A stretch of 64,000 bases of DNA from Takakia lepidozioides (lineage: Eukaryota; Plantae; Bryophyta): assembly GCA_030704615.1 (NCBI GenBank), contig CM060731.1:78120001-78184000 (forward strand), in the 5' to 3' direction. The notes beneath the pieces are model-generated. The model was given only the letters and a program-made list of their open reading frames with translations, made no database searches and had not been told where the DNA came from. Shown here in pieces: positions 13,843-26,645 of the stretch. Made by a program: the position numbers and the translations under genes. Each line of letters opens with the position of its first letter. Position 1 is the first letter of the stretch.

Positions 13843-14646
13843 TTACCGGTAGCCGTAACATTCCATTGCTTTCCTGGACCCTCTAGCGTAGAGTCCCCTC
13901 CTCTCTAATTTGCCAAAATGATGTAGCATTTGTCTAGTCTTTGACGGGACCTGCTGATGGGTCTCGACGTTGGGTGACGGATATGAATCTGATTCCATGA
14001 TTTCAATCCATGTATCTATTTCCGACTTGTATCTTTCACTTCTACCTACAGTCCTCGTGAACTTATCTGAAAACTTTTGTTCTAGCTCTTCAGCAATATG
14101 CATTGTATTAGGTGACATGTAGCGTGCTTTGGGTTTCCTTCTCCATCTACTTAAATCGTTTTCAAGCTTTTCCAAACGCTCTTTAACAGCTACAGTGAGA
14201 CCTTCATATTGCCGAGTAAACGCTGTAGCATCTTTGTGGATACATTCCCACTGCGTAGTGTCATTGTTGTACCATTTTGTTTTGCATTCTTTCAAGTCGA
14301 CTTCGAAGTCAGCCATTTGGTTGTCAAACTCTCCGATGTGCTTGTTGAACTTCCCCATCTCCCGCTTGAAATCCCTCATATGCACATAGAATTTTCTCAT
14401 TCGCTTGCCAGTCAGCTCCTCCTGATTTTTGTTACACGTAATATCGTCAACTTCTGTTTCCAAAGTCCCAGATGTCATACTAGAAAACTTATCTTTTTCA
14501 TCTTTTGATGCTGAACTAATTAAAAACTTTTTGACGGCTGCAGCTTGGATTGGGTTGTCAAATGATATTGTTCTCTCCAATCTGTCTTGGTTTGCTGCAA
14601 AATCCTTTAGCCCACCCATGGAAGATCGGTAACTGGGATCTGCCAT
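13843..14646 (-). CDS. Intronless ~267-aa charged helical/coiled-coil protein of unknown function (weak resemblance to a syntaxin Habc domain)
   Basis: Uninterrupted ~800-nt ORF, K/E/D-rich with heptad patterns (FYVHMRDFKREMGKFNKHIGEF; VKERLEKLENDL). No confident family motif. Confidence 0.55.
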   Translation of the reverse strand: MADPSYRSSMGGLKDFAANQDRLERTISFDNPIQAAAVKKFLISSASKDEKDKFSSMTSGTLETEVDDITCNKNQEELTGKRMRKFYVHMRDFKREMGKFNKHIGEFDNQMADFEVDLKECKTKWYNNDTTQWECIHKDATAFTRQYEGLTVAVKERLEKLENDLSRWRRKPKARYMSPNTMHIAEELEQKFSDKFTRTVGRSERYKSEIDTWIEIMESDSYPSPNVETHQQVPSKTRQMLHHFGKLERRGLYARGSRKAMECYGYR

Positions 14647-16093
14647 CAACACGGAAACTTAAGGCTATCTTCTTCCACTGATATGAAGTAAGAAAATCAA
14701 CGAGAAAGTGGACTGGAAAAATAATCTACGCTTGCGTTGACAGTAGTCACCCTTGCATTCTCTCTAACTGACACATTGCAAGATATGGTCTTACATCTAG
14801 ATGCAAGAAACATACAAGCAGAAATTCATAAATTCAGCTGAAGCATGCATGATACAGAATGACTGGAAGATGAATATAATCAAAACGGGGGAGCATTACT
14901 ATTCAATCGAAGCACATTGAGAGAAGGAAACAGAAAATGTAAAAGTTGTTCAAGGTGTACAGAAACACCCACACTCTTAGCTTCAATCATTTAACTTACT
15001 TTGAGGCCAACCGGTGACTTGAATTCCTCCAATCTTACAACCCTCCAACCTTGCTACTGGATTTGGACCCATTTGAAATGGGCTCAATTTCTCAAGTTGG
15101 AAAAGCAGCCTATATACGTTGATGCAAAAAGGCGGTAGTTTATTATAATCTTTCAAAATCCAACAGAAAGTATGATCTCCTGATTACATAATCTTATGCT
15201 ACTTAAAGAATATAGAATACAGAATATAGAATATAAAGAACATAAAGAATATAGCCATTCCAACAATTTCTCTTCACAATGCATAGTGGTAATTTTGCAG
15301 GAAAGGCATTGTTTTTACAACTGTGATGGTGTGGTTCAACTGCTTTGTCATCTCCACTGGAGGTCTCGCATTGACTGTGATCCCATTGATCCCATTGATC
15401 CCATTGACCGTGATATGACACACAGACTGCTAAGAATATAACATTTCAAGTCAAACAAGACCTGCATCAAAGAGTTAGAATACTCTTTTCTGGCCCAAAA
15501 TTTGGCAAAAACTCACCATTGGTGGGCCCAAACCACAGGAGTGAGCTAAATTAAGGTTGATTCAATACTGATGCAGCTTTCTGCTGCAAGTTCATACTTC
15601 GAAAAGAGTCCCTGGGATGCCTTTCCAATCTGACATTGAAAAAGAAGCTACAATCTGCCAAGCGTTTCCGTCTAGTGGCTCTGGTTTAGTGCGTGAAGAC
15701 CATAGAGCCTCAATGGCACTAAGAGACAAGAGGCCAACCTTCATGGCAACTGGCAAAACAACTTAAGTGCTAGACCCACTGTACAGAACTCAGCAAACAT
15801 ATTCTATCCTACATTTCAAGAAAATGTAACATACAACCGATCGTGATGCCTGGCTCCCAATAAAGTAATCAAGCTGCACTGGTAGTTAGGTTTCCTGCTT
15901 CACATGTGAAGTTCAATAATAAAACACTGGCGGCACAAACATGTGTGCACCCACTTCCCTCCTAACATAGTGTACAAGAGCTACGGTGTCTCCTCAGAGA
16001 GCAATCCCTGAGAAAAGAATGTTGAAAGCCAGACAAGCTCAAAGAATTGAATCTATGTGTCTAAAGTACCTGCCTAAGAATTCTATCTTTAGG

Positions 16094-19000
16094 TTATGAC
16101 ATGACACCCACAATAACTGCAAAAATGACAATGGGCAACAATCTCTTCCATATCATGGACTTTTCTCGTGCATTGCTCGACAAATTCTGTCCAATAACCA
16201 CTGAAGCAAATGCAACTTGCCTAACTCGATGCGGACTGATAGGCCCTGACGTTTCTGGCATTGACAGAAAATTTAACCCATCGACGGTATGAGTTGAGGA
16301 GTACAGGGGAGACGCCCATGCAAGGACATCATCTGCAGGAAACAAAACAGTGTGTGCTTGCCTGAGAGCTAAGAACTTTTTCTCTTCTCCTACAATCGAG
16401 CCAAGGTGCCATGTCAGCGTTTCACGAGGAATGGCTTGCTCCCCAATTGTGTGCACTGCTGCATCTGCAATCATGGGTCGCACGTCTCTCACTTTTGATC
16501 CGAACCCCCCCACCTGCAAACATCGAAGTCGCTGGTGATCATCTAACCAGCATAGTCATTGCTGATCCCCTCCCCAACCAGGCCCGACCGACAAAGAATT
16601 CACCATCTAACAACCAGATTGTGCCAACTGATGTAATGTGACCAAGGATACTCATTTGCTTTGCAAACACACCAATTTAGCCATCAAGCAATTGAAATGC
16701 TTAGTTATATGGATGCAAACCAGGCTCAAAACTCAAGATTGCTGGAACCCATAGGCGTAGGTTTAGCTTCAAAAGATGATGAGCAAAAGTTTCATGATGA
16801 TGCAAAAGTGGATTCTAGTGATTCCTAGATCAATCCTTCCTCACACCAAACAAGCCTCCCTGACAAATTTTCAAGTTTCTTGATAAACCTACTGCAGTGG
16901 GGTGAACGGCATTAGTCAGCAGCGCCACAAACAGATTTCGATCTGGATCCATCCACAATGATGTTCCTGAAAACATCACCACATGAAAAGGTTCAGATAG
17001 CCGAAACCAGACTTCTTAAGCTGGAAATATCCTGTGCAGAGTCAAGGAAGATTGTTCATTCATCAACTGTTAACATATTATCCACATTTCAGAAGAGCTT
17101 GGCAATCTAATCACATTGACATAAAAAACAACGGAACTGCCCGATGCCAACTAGTTTCACTCAAAGATAAGTAAAGAGGTCACAGCAAAAGATAATGGTG
17201 AAACCTGGAGATGGCAAAAAGGAGGATACCTGTGAAGCCGGTGTGCCCAAAAGTTCGAGATCCCAAATATTTTCCAGCTGAAGTGTAGCCATCTATTGAC
17301 CGCCGCACTGCTACATCCCATCTGACACAAGGAAATTCCACACAAATTCTATATCAGATCTCTGACAATGGGTAGGATAACAATTCTAAGAACAATCGGG
17401 GCCAGGACATACCTGCAAACCCAGGGGGAGGTTTGCAATATAATCCACGGATCCTCAGATAACATCAACATGGTCCAGACGGAGTTTACGCTCATTGATA
17501 GATGAGCAAAAGCTGACCACGGTTTCAATACACGCATATATGTACAATAAATTGAGGAGAAATAGATGCAAACAACAAAATGTGGCACATGCACACAGAT
17601 CATTGGCCAAACAAGTTGTTTCTGGAAATTATCAATGCTCTTTATTTTTGCTATCTGATTTTCTCCCCACTTGACTTGTGAGAGTGGGCAGGGAATTGTA
17701 AATGCAATCACAGGGTTTGCAGTTTGGTGGATGGTTTCTTGAGAGTTCAACCTGTCAAATTATGCCATTATCACCTGCAGGCAAAGGAATTTATATACAA
17801 GATAACACTCCCACAGGTGCACAAGCATTCTCCTGCCTTGGTATAGTGATGACCTACTTAAATTGAACTTACAGCAAACCCAGGCTCCTCTTGCTTGGAA
17901 AGAGGGACTACCCAAGGGCAAAGGGGCGTGGGTTGGTGACTGTTTTCAGACCCGGGGTGGAGAACAAGCGCACAGTGCTTTCCTTAAAGAGACGTCGGTT
18001 AGTGGCCTGATCCATGCCCCCTGCCAGTATGGTCTGTGCAAACTGTGTGAACTCCCATCATCCCAACAAGCCATCTGTCAGCACTGTGACAGACCACATG
18101 GTCCCTACAAACTTCTGATCAAGGAACCCATCAGAACCAACAAAAGAGTGTAACTATGTCCTAGGTTTTTATGTTATCACCCTCAGGAGAAAGAAATAGA
18201 TGAAGGTACTTTATCACATCCACAGGAAGCTCAAAGAGCAGGGAATGAGAGAAAGAGATGGGGGTGGGTGGTGGTGAGGGGAGGATTGGGCAGGTATGCA
18301 AGGAATACACTGAGATACACAAGGAGGGAAGGGAGGGCCCAGTACCCGACACACATCAATGATGGTGGAGAAAAGGCCCGCATGACCAGCCACCCCACCG
18401 AGCACAAAAGCTGTCGGGTCATGGACTGCACCCAGAGGTCACAATGATTGGTTTAGCAGCAAAGGCAGCACCCAAAAATAACCACATAAGGCTTGAGAAT
18501 GTAGGCTTCTGCACAAGGAGGAGCTGGTGCAACAATTGTCACTAGGCCGCAAGAGGGCCGCAAGAATTCAAAAATCCTTGGTCCTTGTGAAGACACCAAA
18601 TAGTAAGCCAATTGGCACATCTCTAACTGTAGCAAGCAACCTGGATGGGTGCCATATTATTCTTGACACACACACAGGTCACTGCCCTCAGAACTGGAGG
18701 TGTTCCCCCAAAGCATTAATCCCACTGTTCGATGCTGAAATGACCATTGATCAATCAATGTCATTGAGCAATGTGAACTCCACACGCAACTATGACAGAA
18801 TCATACACAAGTTTGATCAGAAATGGTCTCTAGTTTGAAGAAGTAAAGGAATTTCCTGTTTCCTGCACCTGGTGTGTAGATTGTAGAATGGCTCAACCAA
18901 CCTGCACCTTTGCCAGGTGTGGTGTGTGACAAATCAACAGCAACCCCCATATTTCTTGGGTGACACCCACATGTCTCAACCAAGCCATCCCAGCCAGGCT

Positions 19001-22000
19001 GTTGTCTTGCCACAGAGACCTGGTGGTATCCTTATGGATGTCTGCTTTCGCCCACACTTCCGTCACTCTGCATTCCTCCAGTTCATGGGGGCACAGAATG
19101 TAGTACAGGAGTGTCGCAGCCATGAGGGCCAACTCCATGACCCTTTACAGTAGGTAGACACACAAAAGCCCTAGAACAAAGTAAAGAACAGGCTTACCTT
19201 CACCCCAAAGCAGGCGGTGCCGATGCATCCTGTCAACTTCAGTAGGCACCACCATTGGATTGAAATCTGTAGTATCAATCGGGCGAAAACTCGTATGACG
19301 CATCCCCAACTGTCCAGTAGCACACGAATAACCGTCACAACTCTATATCATAATTGCACTGAAAACCTGTGTTGTACTTTTTCCCTGTAACTCCCTAGCG
19401 ATAGAAATGATTGCTTCCAATATTCATTTTTATCAACATTAGCTAATAAAAAGGAGATTCTAGTCCTACTGATATGGAAGGTAAAGATCCATTCTTCCTA
19501 TTCTAACTGTTTCTGCTCTACTGCTATCTTTTTCCATCCATGGTATTTTCTGCCCTCTCGACAAAAAAACAGAACTTTCTCCATTACCTTTATTTGTCAC
19601 CAGCTTAAGGGTAGGTGAGGAATCTCCCTCCCACCCAACACCAGCTGCATGCATACACAATCTGAAACGAGAACCATCCAAACCCGATAAACTGCACTAC
19701 CTACTAGGAAAACTCGAACAAGCAGACAACAATACCTACAGGCTCAAAGATCTCTTTGGATGCGAAGACATCCAGGGGAAGACCAGAGATACGCTCGACA
19801 ATGATGCCCAGCACAATCATAGAGAGGTCACTGTAGCGTGCCATGCCTCCTACTCCATACCACACCTTGTCCCGCATGATGTAGTCCAACACCTACGCCA
19901 CCAAAGAAAACACATCAATAAGCCGCATCTGCAACACAGGGTGCAACACACTTTCCAGGTGTCATACAGAACCATCACTGAGTCATCCCCTGTCCCCTTG
20001 TGCGTTTCTTCATTTTATGAGCCTTCAGCTCCCAATGGATGTTTTACAGGCTGCTATATAAGCCCTTTCCTTGCTTACAGGCGTGCAAGTAGCAACCTCA
20101 TCACTAAAAGATCACAAGAGCATGGACAACTGTCCAAGTTACAGGATAATATTGTAACTGAACCTCATCCAATTACCTCTTCCCAATTGTCAGTCCCATA
20201 TCAAAGAAGGGGTAAAACTCGGTGACAGGTGTTTCAGGGATGGTTCAAACCCAAACTTGGATCCACGTTTACATCAAAGTGTTTAGGGCGTGCAAGTAGC
20301 AACCTCATCACTAAAAGATCACAAGAGCATGAACAATTGTCCAAGTTCCAGTACAATATTGTAACTAAACCTCATTCTGTTACCTCTTCCCGATTTGTCA
20401 GTCCCATATCAAAGAAGGGGTAAAACTCGCGCAGGCCAGCGGTGTGTGTGAGAAGCTGACGCACTGTGATGATTTGCTTCCCATTGTTCCCAAATTCTGG
20501 GAGATACTTACATGCTACCTCCTCCAAAGCTGCACCAACACATAATCCACCAAATCAGCCACACCACCTTATGTGTTCACAGACAGAGATCTAAAAAGGG
20601 AGACTAACTGTTTCCTGGAAACATTGGCTATCACAGATCCTTGAAGGCTTGGTTAGTTCTGCATGTGTCTGCTTCTCCTTGGAAAAAAAAGAGAGACAGA
20701 AAGTGTACCAATTTTTCCACGATCATACAAGAGCATAACGGAAGGGGTGGTCACCATTATCTGCATTGAAAACAGACCCCACAAAAGAAATCACCAAATA
20801 GTCAAACGGGTTAGGATAACAGTATCTCTGATACGCAGGCTACAAAGTGAGGTCCTTGAACTAGAAAGTCAAAAACCCCATCCCGGCACCCAATAGTAAA
20901 TTTCTGTTCCCATTGAACCTGCACACAACTTGTTGGAGGTAGAGCAACCTGCTATGAGGCACTTATTGGCATTCCCTTAAGGACCCACCAGCCGCCATGT
21001 GATGCACCATCAACAGTTGACCCACTACATTAGGTGTGCGGGGTTGAAATGGTGGACCTATCAGTGCAAACTGCAAAGTAGATGGCCCAAATTTCATGGA
21101 AAATGACGATATATCTAGTCAATCCCAACAGTTTCCAAATCACTTGCCCATCATTTCACATTTAGCTTATGGACTGCCTTATCCACATGTACAAGGTTGA
21201 CAAGTGGCTGAAACAGCTGCCATCACTACCTTATTAAGTCTAGGCTGTTGTTGCTTACAAATCCTATCCTCGAGCACAAAGTTCCAGTGATTGCTCTGAG
21301 GAGAACTTACCTTGGTGAGAGATGCCATGTCCCATACTGACTCAGGGGTAACTGCAATGGTGGATTCACTGCACATTTGACCAGTCATTAGCTTGCACAC
21401 CAATGTGTAAAAAACACTTTCAAAAGGGTGATAACAAGCTCAAATGATGAGTAATAACTTAAAACAAACAAGGAACCATCCCCACCTTCCACCCCACCCC
21501 CAATAACATATATTCTGCTCTCATTATAGAGTATAAAAAAGTGGCGTGAAGCAGCTTCTGAGACCACAGTTGCCAACTTCATCACATTTAGCTAATGGAT
21601 GGCCACAGACATTTCATGTGCACTGGAGGAGACATTGGCAGGTTACTGCAGATAGTTCAGAATGACTAATGTGCATCATCAATGAACTATCAAATAACTG
21701 TCTGTTGGGATAACAGGGAGTAAGGGTAAGAGAGCTTACAAAGTGTAGGTCCCATAAGCTGCAAGTCAGGTCCAAAGAGTTCAACACAACAGAACACTCA
21801 TGTCAGTATTTCCAAGTCTAAAGGAGAATATCTAGGATGCCACCTTCACTTCACTCTGATCATATCTCCTCAAGCAACCTGTTTCCTATCTTCTTTCTCA
21901 CTTTCCTGGGAAGGACATTGACACCACCCCAGATCAACCTTCAATGAAAAACCGGAGTCTTGTAATAAACTCCAGATGCAAAGAAAAGTTGAGTAAAGTG

Positions 22001-23527
22001 AGGACCAAAATCAAGTCAGCAACCAGCAAGCACTACCAGCTCTGTCGGAATCCAAGAGAGGAGCTAATCAGACATCCTCCCAGGATACATACTGAAAATT
22101 AATGCAGAAGCATCTCAGAATGCAGATGCACCTCCTCACTCTCTCTCTTTCCCAACCTCTGTGTGGACAACCTGACGCCAATATCCATTTTCTGATTCAT
22201 TGTCCTGGGTACTCTCACGAGAGAGACACCCTCTTCAAATCCATCAAGGGAATTGTGCCTGAAAGTCTGTTTACCATCCTTAACAGTCTCAAGGCTGAGC
22301 CAAAAGCCCAGGCCCTTTTGGGGCCTAGTTATTGGGCAAACCACACACAGCAGATTGATGCTTGTGTGAAGGATTTCTAGAGGATATCTGGAAAACTTGG
22401 ATTAATTGTCTGTTCCAAGGTAAGTCATACTACCAGCGTCAGCCCCTGACAAAGGTGGTTTCTGTCCATTTGTGTTCCACTCAAACTGAGCACGGGGTCA
22501 ATGGCCACAAGGCTACGGCAAACGACGTCTTATGACTACATTCTTTCCCAAACTCTCTGCATAGGTGTCAGACATCTGTAATCTCTGAATTTCAAACCCC
22601 ACCCATGATTATTATTGGTTGACAGTGAGTAACTGCACAGGTACCATTATTTCACAAGTGAAAGAAAACTCAAAACATAGTTCGTAACAGCAGGGCACAC
22701 AGCTCTTCCCCTAATGATTTCAGTGGCAATAGATGCCTAAGGGTTTTAACTCCCCCAAATCCTGTAGCCTGCTCACATTTGAACCTTCTCGTGAGATACA
22801 AGAGAGAAAAGTGAGCCGCAGTGATAATTGATAACTGTCTTATTTTTGTCAGTGGGTTGAAATAAACTTGAATTGGCCATGGCAGCTTAACTAGGAACAA
22901 ACCTTGGTAGTAGCAGGGAATGGTACAGGAACCAAATGCCACAGTCCCTCCAGGGAAGGTACGCTCTGCAATAGCCTGTGCACGCAAATTCATCTTAATT
23001 CCTCAAAAACCCAACTGAAGGCAATACAACACCCACCCACTACTGCAGTTACCATCTCTACCTTTGATTTAAGTCTGCTACTTAGCAACTGCCAGAGGAG
23101 ACCCCTGCAGTGGTCCCAAATCACCTTACAAACTATTATTTTAGGGTATGATTGCTGGATTTCCCCATGTATTGCAAGGAGTGCATATTAAAACCCATCA
23201 GGTAGTGGGTACAAGCCAAAATATTCCAGCAACAATTGGCAAAACTAGTATGAAACTACTTTGTCACATAGCAGTGGATCCATATTTCAATTGACCCGAT
23301 AGAACCTGATGCAGTGGAGAAGTGGAATGTTCCAAACCCAGCAACAATTTGAAATGGAAAAACTCAGCCCACCCAGGCATCAGATACAACGTTACTGCCA
23401 AGGCATTCACAGGAAAACATCCAAATTGTGGATAGGAGTGGAATATCAAAGTTACCTTGTGCATGATGTCACTGATGGTGGGAGGCTCATCGGTAGATGA
23501 CATCAATCCATTGCAGAAGGCTGCCAT
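16094..23527 (-). CDS. Beta-lactamase-fold serine hydrolase (class C/AmiE-like) with C-terminal hydrophobic tail; exons 23527-23456, 22975-22903, 21758-21740, 21368-21311, 20760-20709, 20529-20384, 19892-19740, 19309-19198, 18425-18346, 18042-17912, 17321-17230, 16966-16893, 16513-16094 (~493 aa)
   Basis: Spliced product contains AIAERTFPGG, WDMASLTK (SxxK), ITVRQLLTHTAGL, YSDL, GEVHDPTAFVLGGVAGHAGLFST and FGHTGFTGTSLWMDP...LLTNAVHP. All 12 introns are GT-AG and phase-compatible. The true start may lie upstream. Confidence 0.88.
20080..20429. repeat. Local direct duplication (~142 bp; 20080-20221 and 20287-20429) copying an exon 3' end plus donor site into the intron
   Basis: Both copies start ggcgtgcaagtagcaacctcatcactaaaagatcacaagagcat and end gtcccatatcaaagaaggggtaaaactcg. 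Confidence 0.9.
21900..22546 (+). mobile_element. 5'-truncated LINE 3' end (ORF2 C-terminal zinc-knuckle region and 3' UTR) in a hydrolase intron
   Basis: ORF 22102-22380 has PLCGQPDANIHFLIHCPGYSHER, typical of a LINE ORF2 C-terminus. 22330-22546 is closely matched in reverse by 49444-49658. The left boundary is approximate. Confidence 0.7.
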
Positions 23528-24889
23528 AATTTAAGCAAAACCCTCCTGCTTTGCACTTCTCCTGGGAATTGAATAACTGTTTTGTACGTGGACTCTGACG
23601 CAGATTTGTGCAAAACCAGTGCTTCGAGTGAAGTTTTGTTCTATTCATCTATGCGTAATATCCCCAAGGTGCCCTTCTTTTCAAATTGAAAATTAAAGTC
23701 TCCACTCCGAACCAGTTCCAGGGGACCGAGAAATCAATGGCTGCCGAGAGAATGGACAATCTTATTAGTTTAGAATTGGTTTATAGGCGATCATCACATA
23801 CTTGGTGGCAGTGTCTCAGGGATGACCAAGGGGTCCTAGGCCGGCAAACAATATCCTCTCCCCACATACAAGTTGTATAAGCTGAAGATGGGGATGTCAT
23901 TCGCAAGTGGAACATCTGAGATCCGCCAGAGCCTTCAATTCTGTCCACAATGCATGGACCTTTGTGCCCAAAGATTCCCCATGAAAGCTAACTTGACCGA
24001 AGACACGCCAACTGACAGTCCGAGATAGGGCTGTCAAAAATTGTGCCCTGGGCACTAAACAGCCTTGCACAATGCCAACTTCTTCAATAGATTTATCATT
24101 GAGATCGAAAAGCCTGATCTGATACTGCATTGTCCACCATTTCGAGATTAGATGAGATTTGAAACATTTCGGCATAACTCAACAGCAAGAGGAAGAACAA
24201 CTACGACACCTATTCAATGAGACGAGATCCACGTCAAAGACAGAAAACGACACTGTATGACACCCAGCGCCCAACATTAAGCCTGAAATCTGCCCATCAA
24301 AAGTCCCATACTTGTAAGCAGGGGGGAGAGGATAAAATGGCTTCAGGCTTCAACACTCACACGCAAACTAGGTCCGACTCGTAACAAAGTTTCAGAAGCC
24401 ACCTGAGAGCTCCGATCCTCCCCGCTGAGTATAGCAATCCTGCACATGCGTGGTTCAAGATGGATTCAATCCTCCAGAGAGAATCAGTACTTCGCACACG
24501 GCAAACTCTCTTTGGGGTTGAGTACAAGCAACCATCACGGGCGGGGTGGCCCGCCCCCGCGATCGCACAGACGCCCCTCAAGAATTATACATACCTTATA
24601 CGGTATTCCAACCAGCCGTTAACTGGAAGGCTGGCATTGGCAGTCTTGATTTGATCACCTAGCTGAAATCACTCCTGAGGAATGGAATCACTAGTGAGAG
24701 CCGGAATCTGGCTTCAGAGGATAAATCATTTAACGTCCAATGAAATTACGGAGCATGCTGCTCAACACACAGGCCATCGAGGGCCCAATAGACGGTCTGA
24801 AGGCACACGTTGAAGGATTGAACCCAGGATCGCCTGGTTATGCACAGGCAAGGCACAAACTTACCTGCTCAAGTGAGAAAGTGAATAAA

Positions 24890-25120
24890 ATATATATATA
24901 TGTGACGCCTCCCGAAGGAAGCGTAACTTATGGTGTCACTTAACCCCGAAGGGCTACTACCTTCCAACATGAAGGTGGACGCCTTCGTGACACACCAGAC
25001 GGTGGTTTGAACTCACAACCACATCCAACGTGGTATGAATATAATAGAGCCGAAGGGATAAGTGTGAAGGGAACTGAGTATAATTAAAATTATAGCACTC
25101 ACCCAGTTAGCGGCCGATGA
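24890..25120 (-). mobile_element. Putative tRNA-derived SINE
   Basis: On the minus strand: an A-box-like cgctaactgggtgag, a B-box-like gagttcaaacc, a hairpin-rich body and a (TA)n tail. The body 24903-24986 recurs at 57478-57560. Confidence 0.45.
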
Positions 25121-25152
25121 GAATCTAGTATATACTAAAAATTCATCTGCAG

Positions 25153-25930
25153 ATTTGTGGTCAGACAGTGGGAGATCTGATTGTCGTGGATGACATGCAC
25201 CAGCAGAAAGCTGAAATGACCCGCCAGGCTGATGGATTTATTGCTCTCCTAGGTATTGAGATGTCTTTTAGGTCTTCTGTCCTCTAGCGTCGTCGACGTG
25301 TCCTTCTCCTGAAGCTTCGATGCAATACTGGAATATTGTAAGTAAAAGTCCTAGTAAATTTGGGGAATGAAGGTTCGATACAAGAGGAAACGTAGGTGTA
25401 TGGTAACTAGTAACCTTGACTTAACTGTCTCATATCTTCTACAGGTGGATATGACACACTAGAGGAGCTGCTAGAAGTTGTGACCTGGTCACAGCTTGGT
25501 ATTCACGCCAAGCCTGTAAGTAGGTGGACACGAATTCTTCAAAAGCAATCATACTCTCTATCTTATGTCGTTGGAAAGAGGTTACAATGTAGATATTAAA
25601 GAGTTCACTGCTGCAGCTTAGTACAGCTTATAAGATATGGCTCTCTTACAAGCAGAAGAAGAAACATTGTTACTTGATGTTGGAAGTCTAGCTGTACATA
25701 CCCAGTAGACCTATGAAGTTTTTGTACTCTTGCTGAGCCAATGGGCTTGAGTCATAATCAACAAGCGTAAACTGTGTGAGTTCTGCATGTGGACGGTTAC
25801 TATAACTCACTGCTGGACATGTTTGACAAAGGCCTGGAAGAAGGGCCGTTTTTCAGTCACCAGCTTGGCACGTTGTTGTCTCTGCCGCTACAGCCAAGCT
25901 ACAGCCTGTGAACTGCTTAATAAGATGGAG
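25153..25930 (+). pseudogene. LOG: LONELY GUY (cytokinin riboside 5'-monophosphate phosphoribohydrolase) gene fragment; exon remnants 25153-25252, 25445-25515, ~25777-25930
   Basis: Reads [32 protein letters not shown]|[23 protein letters not shown]|...HVDGYYNSLLDMFDKGLEEG. The conserved MHQRK and PGGYGT motifs are altered, the third exon is frameshifted, and no 5' exons are present. Confidence 0.85.
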
Positions 25931-26119
25931 GTGAGAAATGTGAGCTGCATGGAGGAAAATGGACATGATCAACTCTGCAGAAGCACCAAATGTCAAAAAC
26001 ATGTGGAGAGGTCAGATGGGTTAAATAGATCTAGATCTATAACATTCGATTAAGTACTCAATCTTTGTTTCAGAGATCAATCGCTTAGTTACAGCATTTG
26101 TAATTATCATTTTGGAACT

Positions 26120-26645
26120 GTGTGGACTATTGCTTTGTGCAGATTGTCCATAGCAGTGTATGGGTGCTTCAAGTGAATTTTATAGTGGCTGACCTTGCTA
26201 CATTGCACCATGCATTTGTACGGAACATGCAAGTCGTTGAGGGTACTGTCCCATAGAGAATCCTGCACTCATGGACAGTGAATGAAGCACTTAAAATGTC
26301 TGTACAATGAAAAATATGGACTACATGTAATAGCTTGAAGGGTGGTGGATTGAAGGTATGATGGACTGTTAAAAGAGAATCAAAGTATAAGTCACATGGA
26401 CTATGTTGGAAGGCAGATGGATTTGGCTAACACCGATAGATTTTCTAAGTAGTAATGTGGACTACGTATGGAGCGTACTATTGGCTATCACAAATGGACT
26501 TTCTGAGTATTGGTATTGACTCCCAAAGAGAAGTAAGGCTATTATGAAGGGACTTTTTGAGTACTAACATAAATTATGTGTAGAAAAAAACAAACAACTG
26601 GGCATGATCACTGGACATTCTTTGTGCAGCCATGGACATTCCATC
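26120..26645 (+). repeat. Dispersed array of ~10 (A/G)TGGAC(T/A) motifs, probably transposon subterminal repeats
   Basis: gtggactat 26122, atggacagt 26271, atggactac 26316, atggactgt 26361, atggactat 26396, gtggactac 26457, atggacttt 26494, atggacatt 26632, all on one strand. Confidence 0.5.

Noticed and set aside
15379-15407. (gatcccatt)x3, and similarly (ctccggtgg)x3 at ~45933-45960
   Set aside because: Ordinary short slippage repeats with no supporting context.
23897-24175. ORF as first coding exon or transit peptide of the hydrolase
   Set aside because: No convincing phase-compatible donor was found to join it to the 23.5-kb exon. Left unresolved.
25090-25130. Helitron 3' end (CTAG) next to the LOG fragment
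   Set aside because: No clear GC-rich hairpin upstream of the CTAG.
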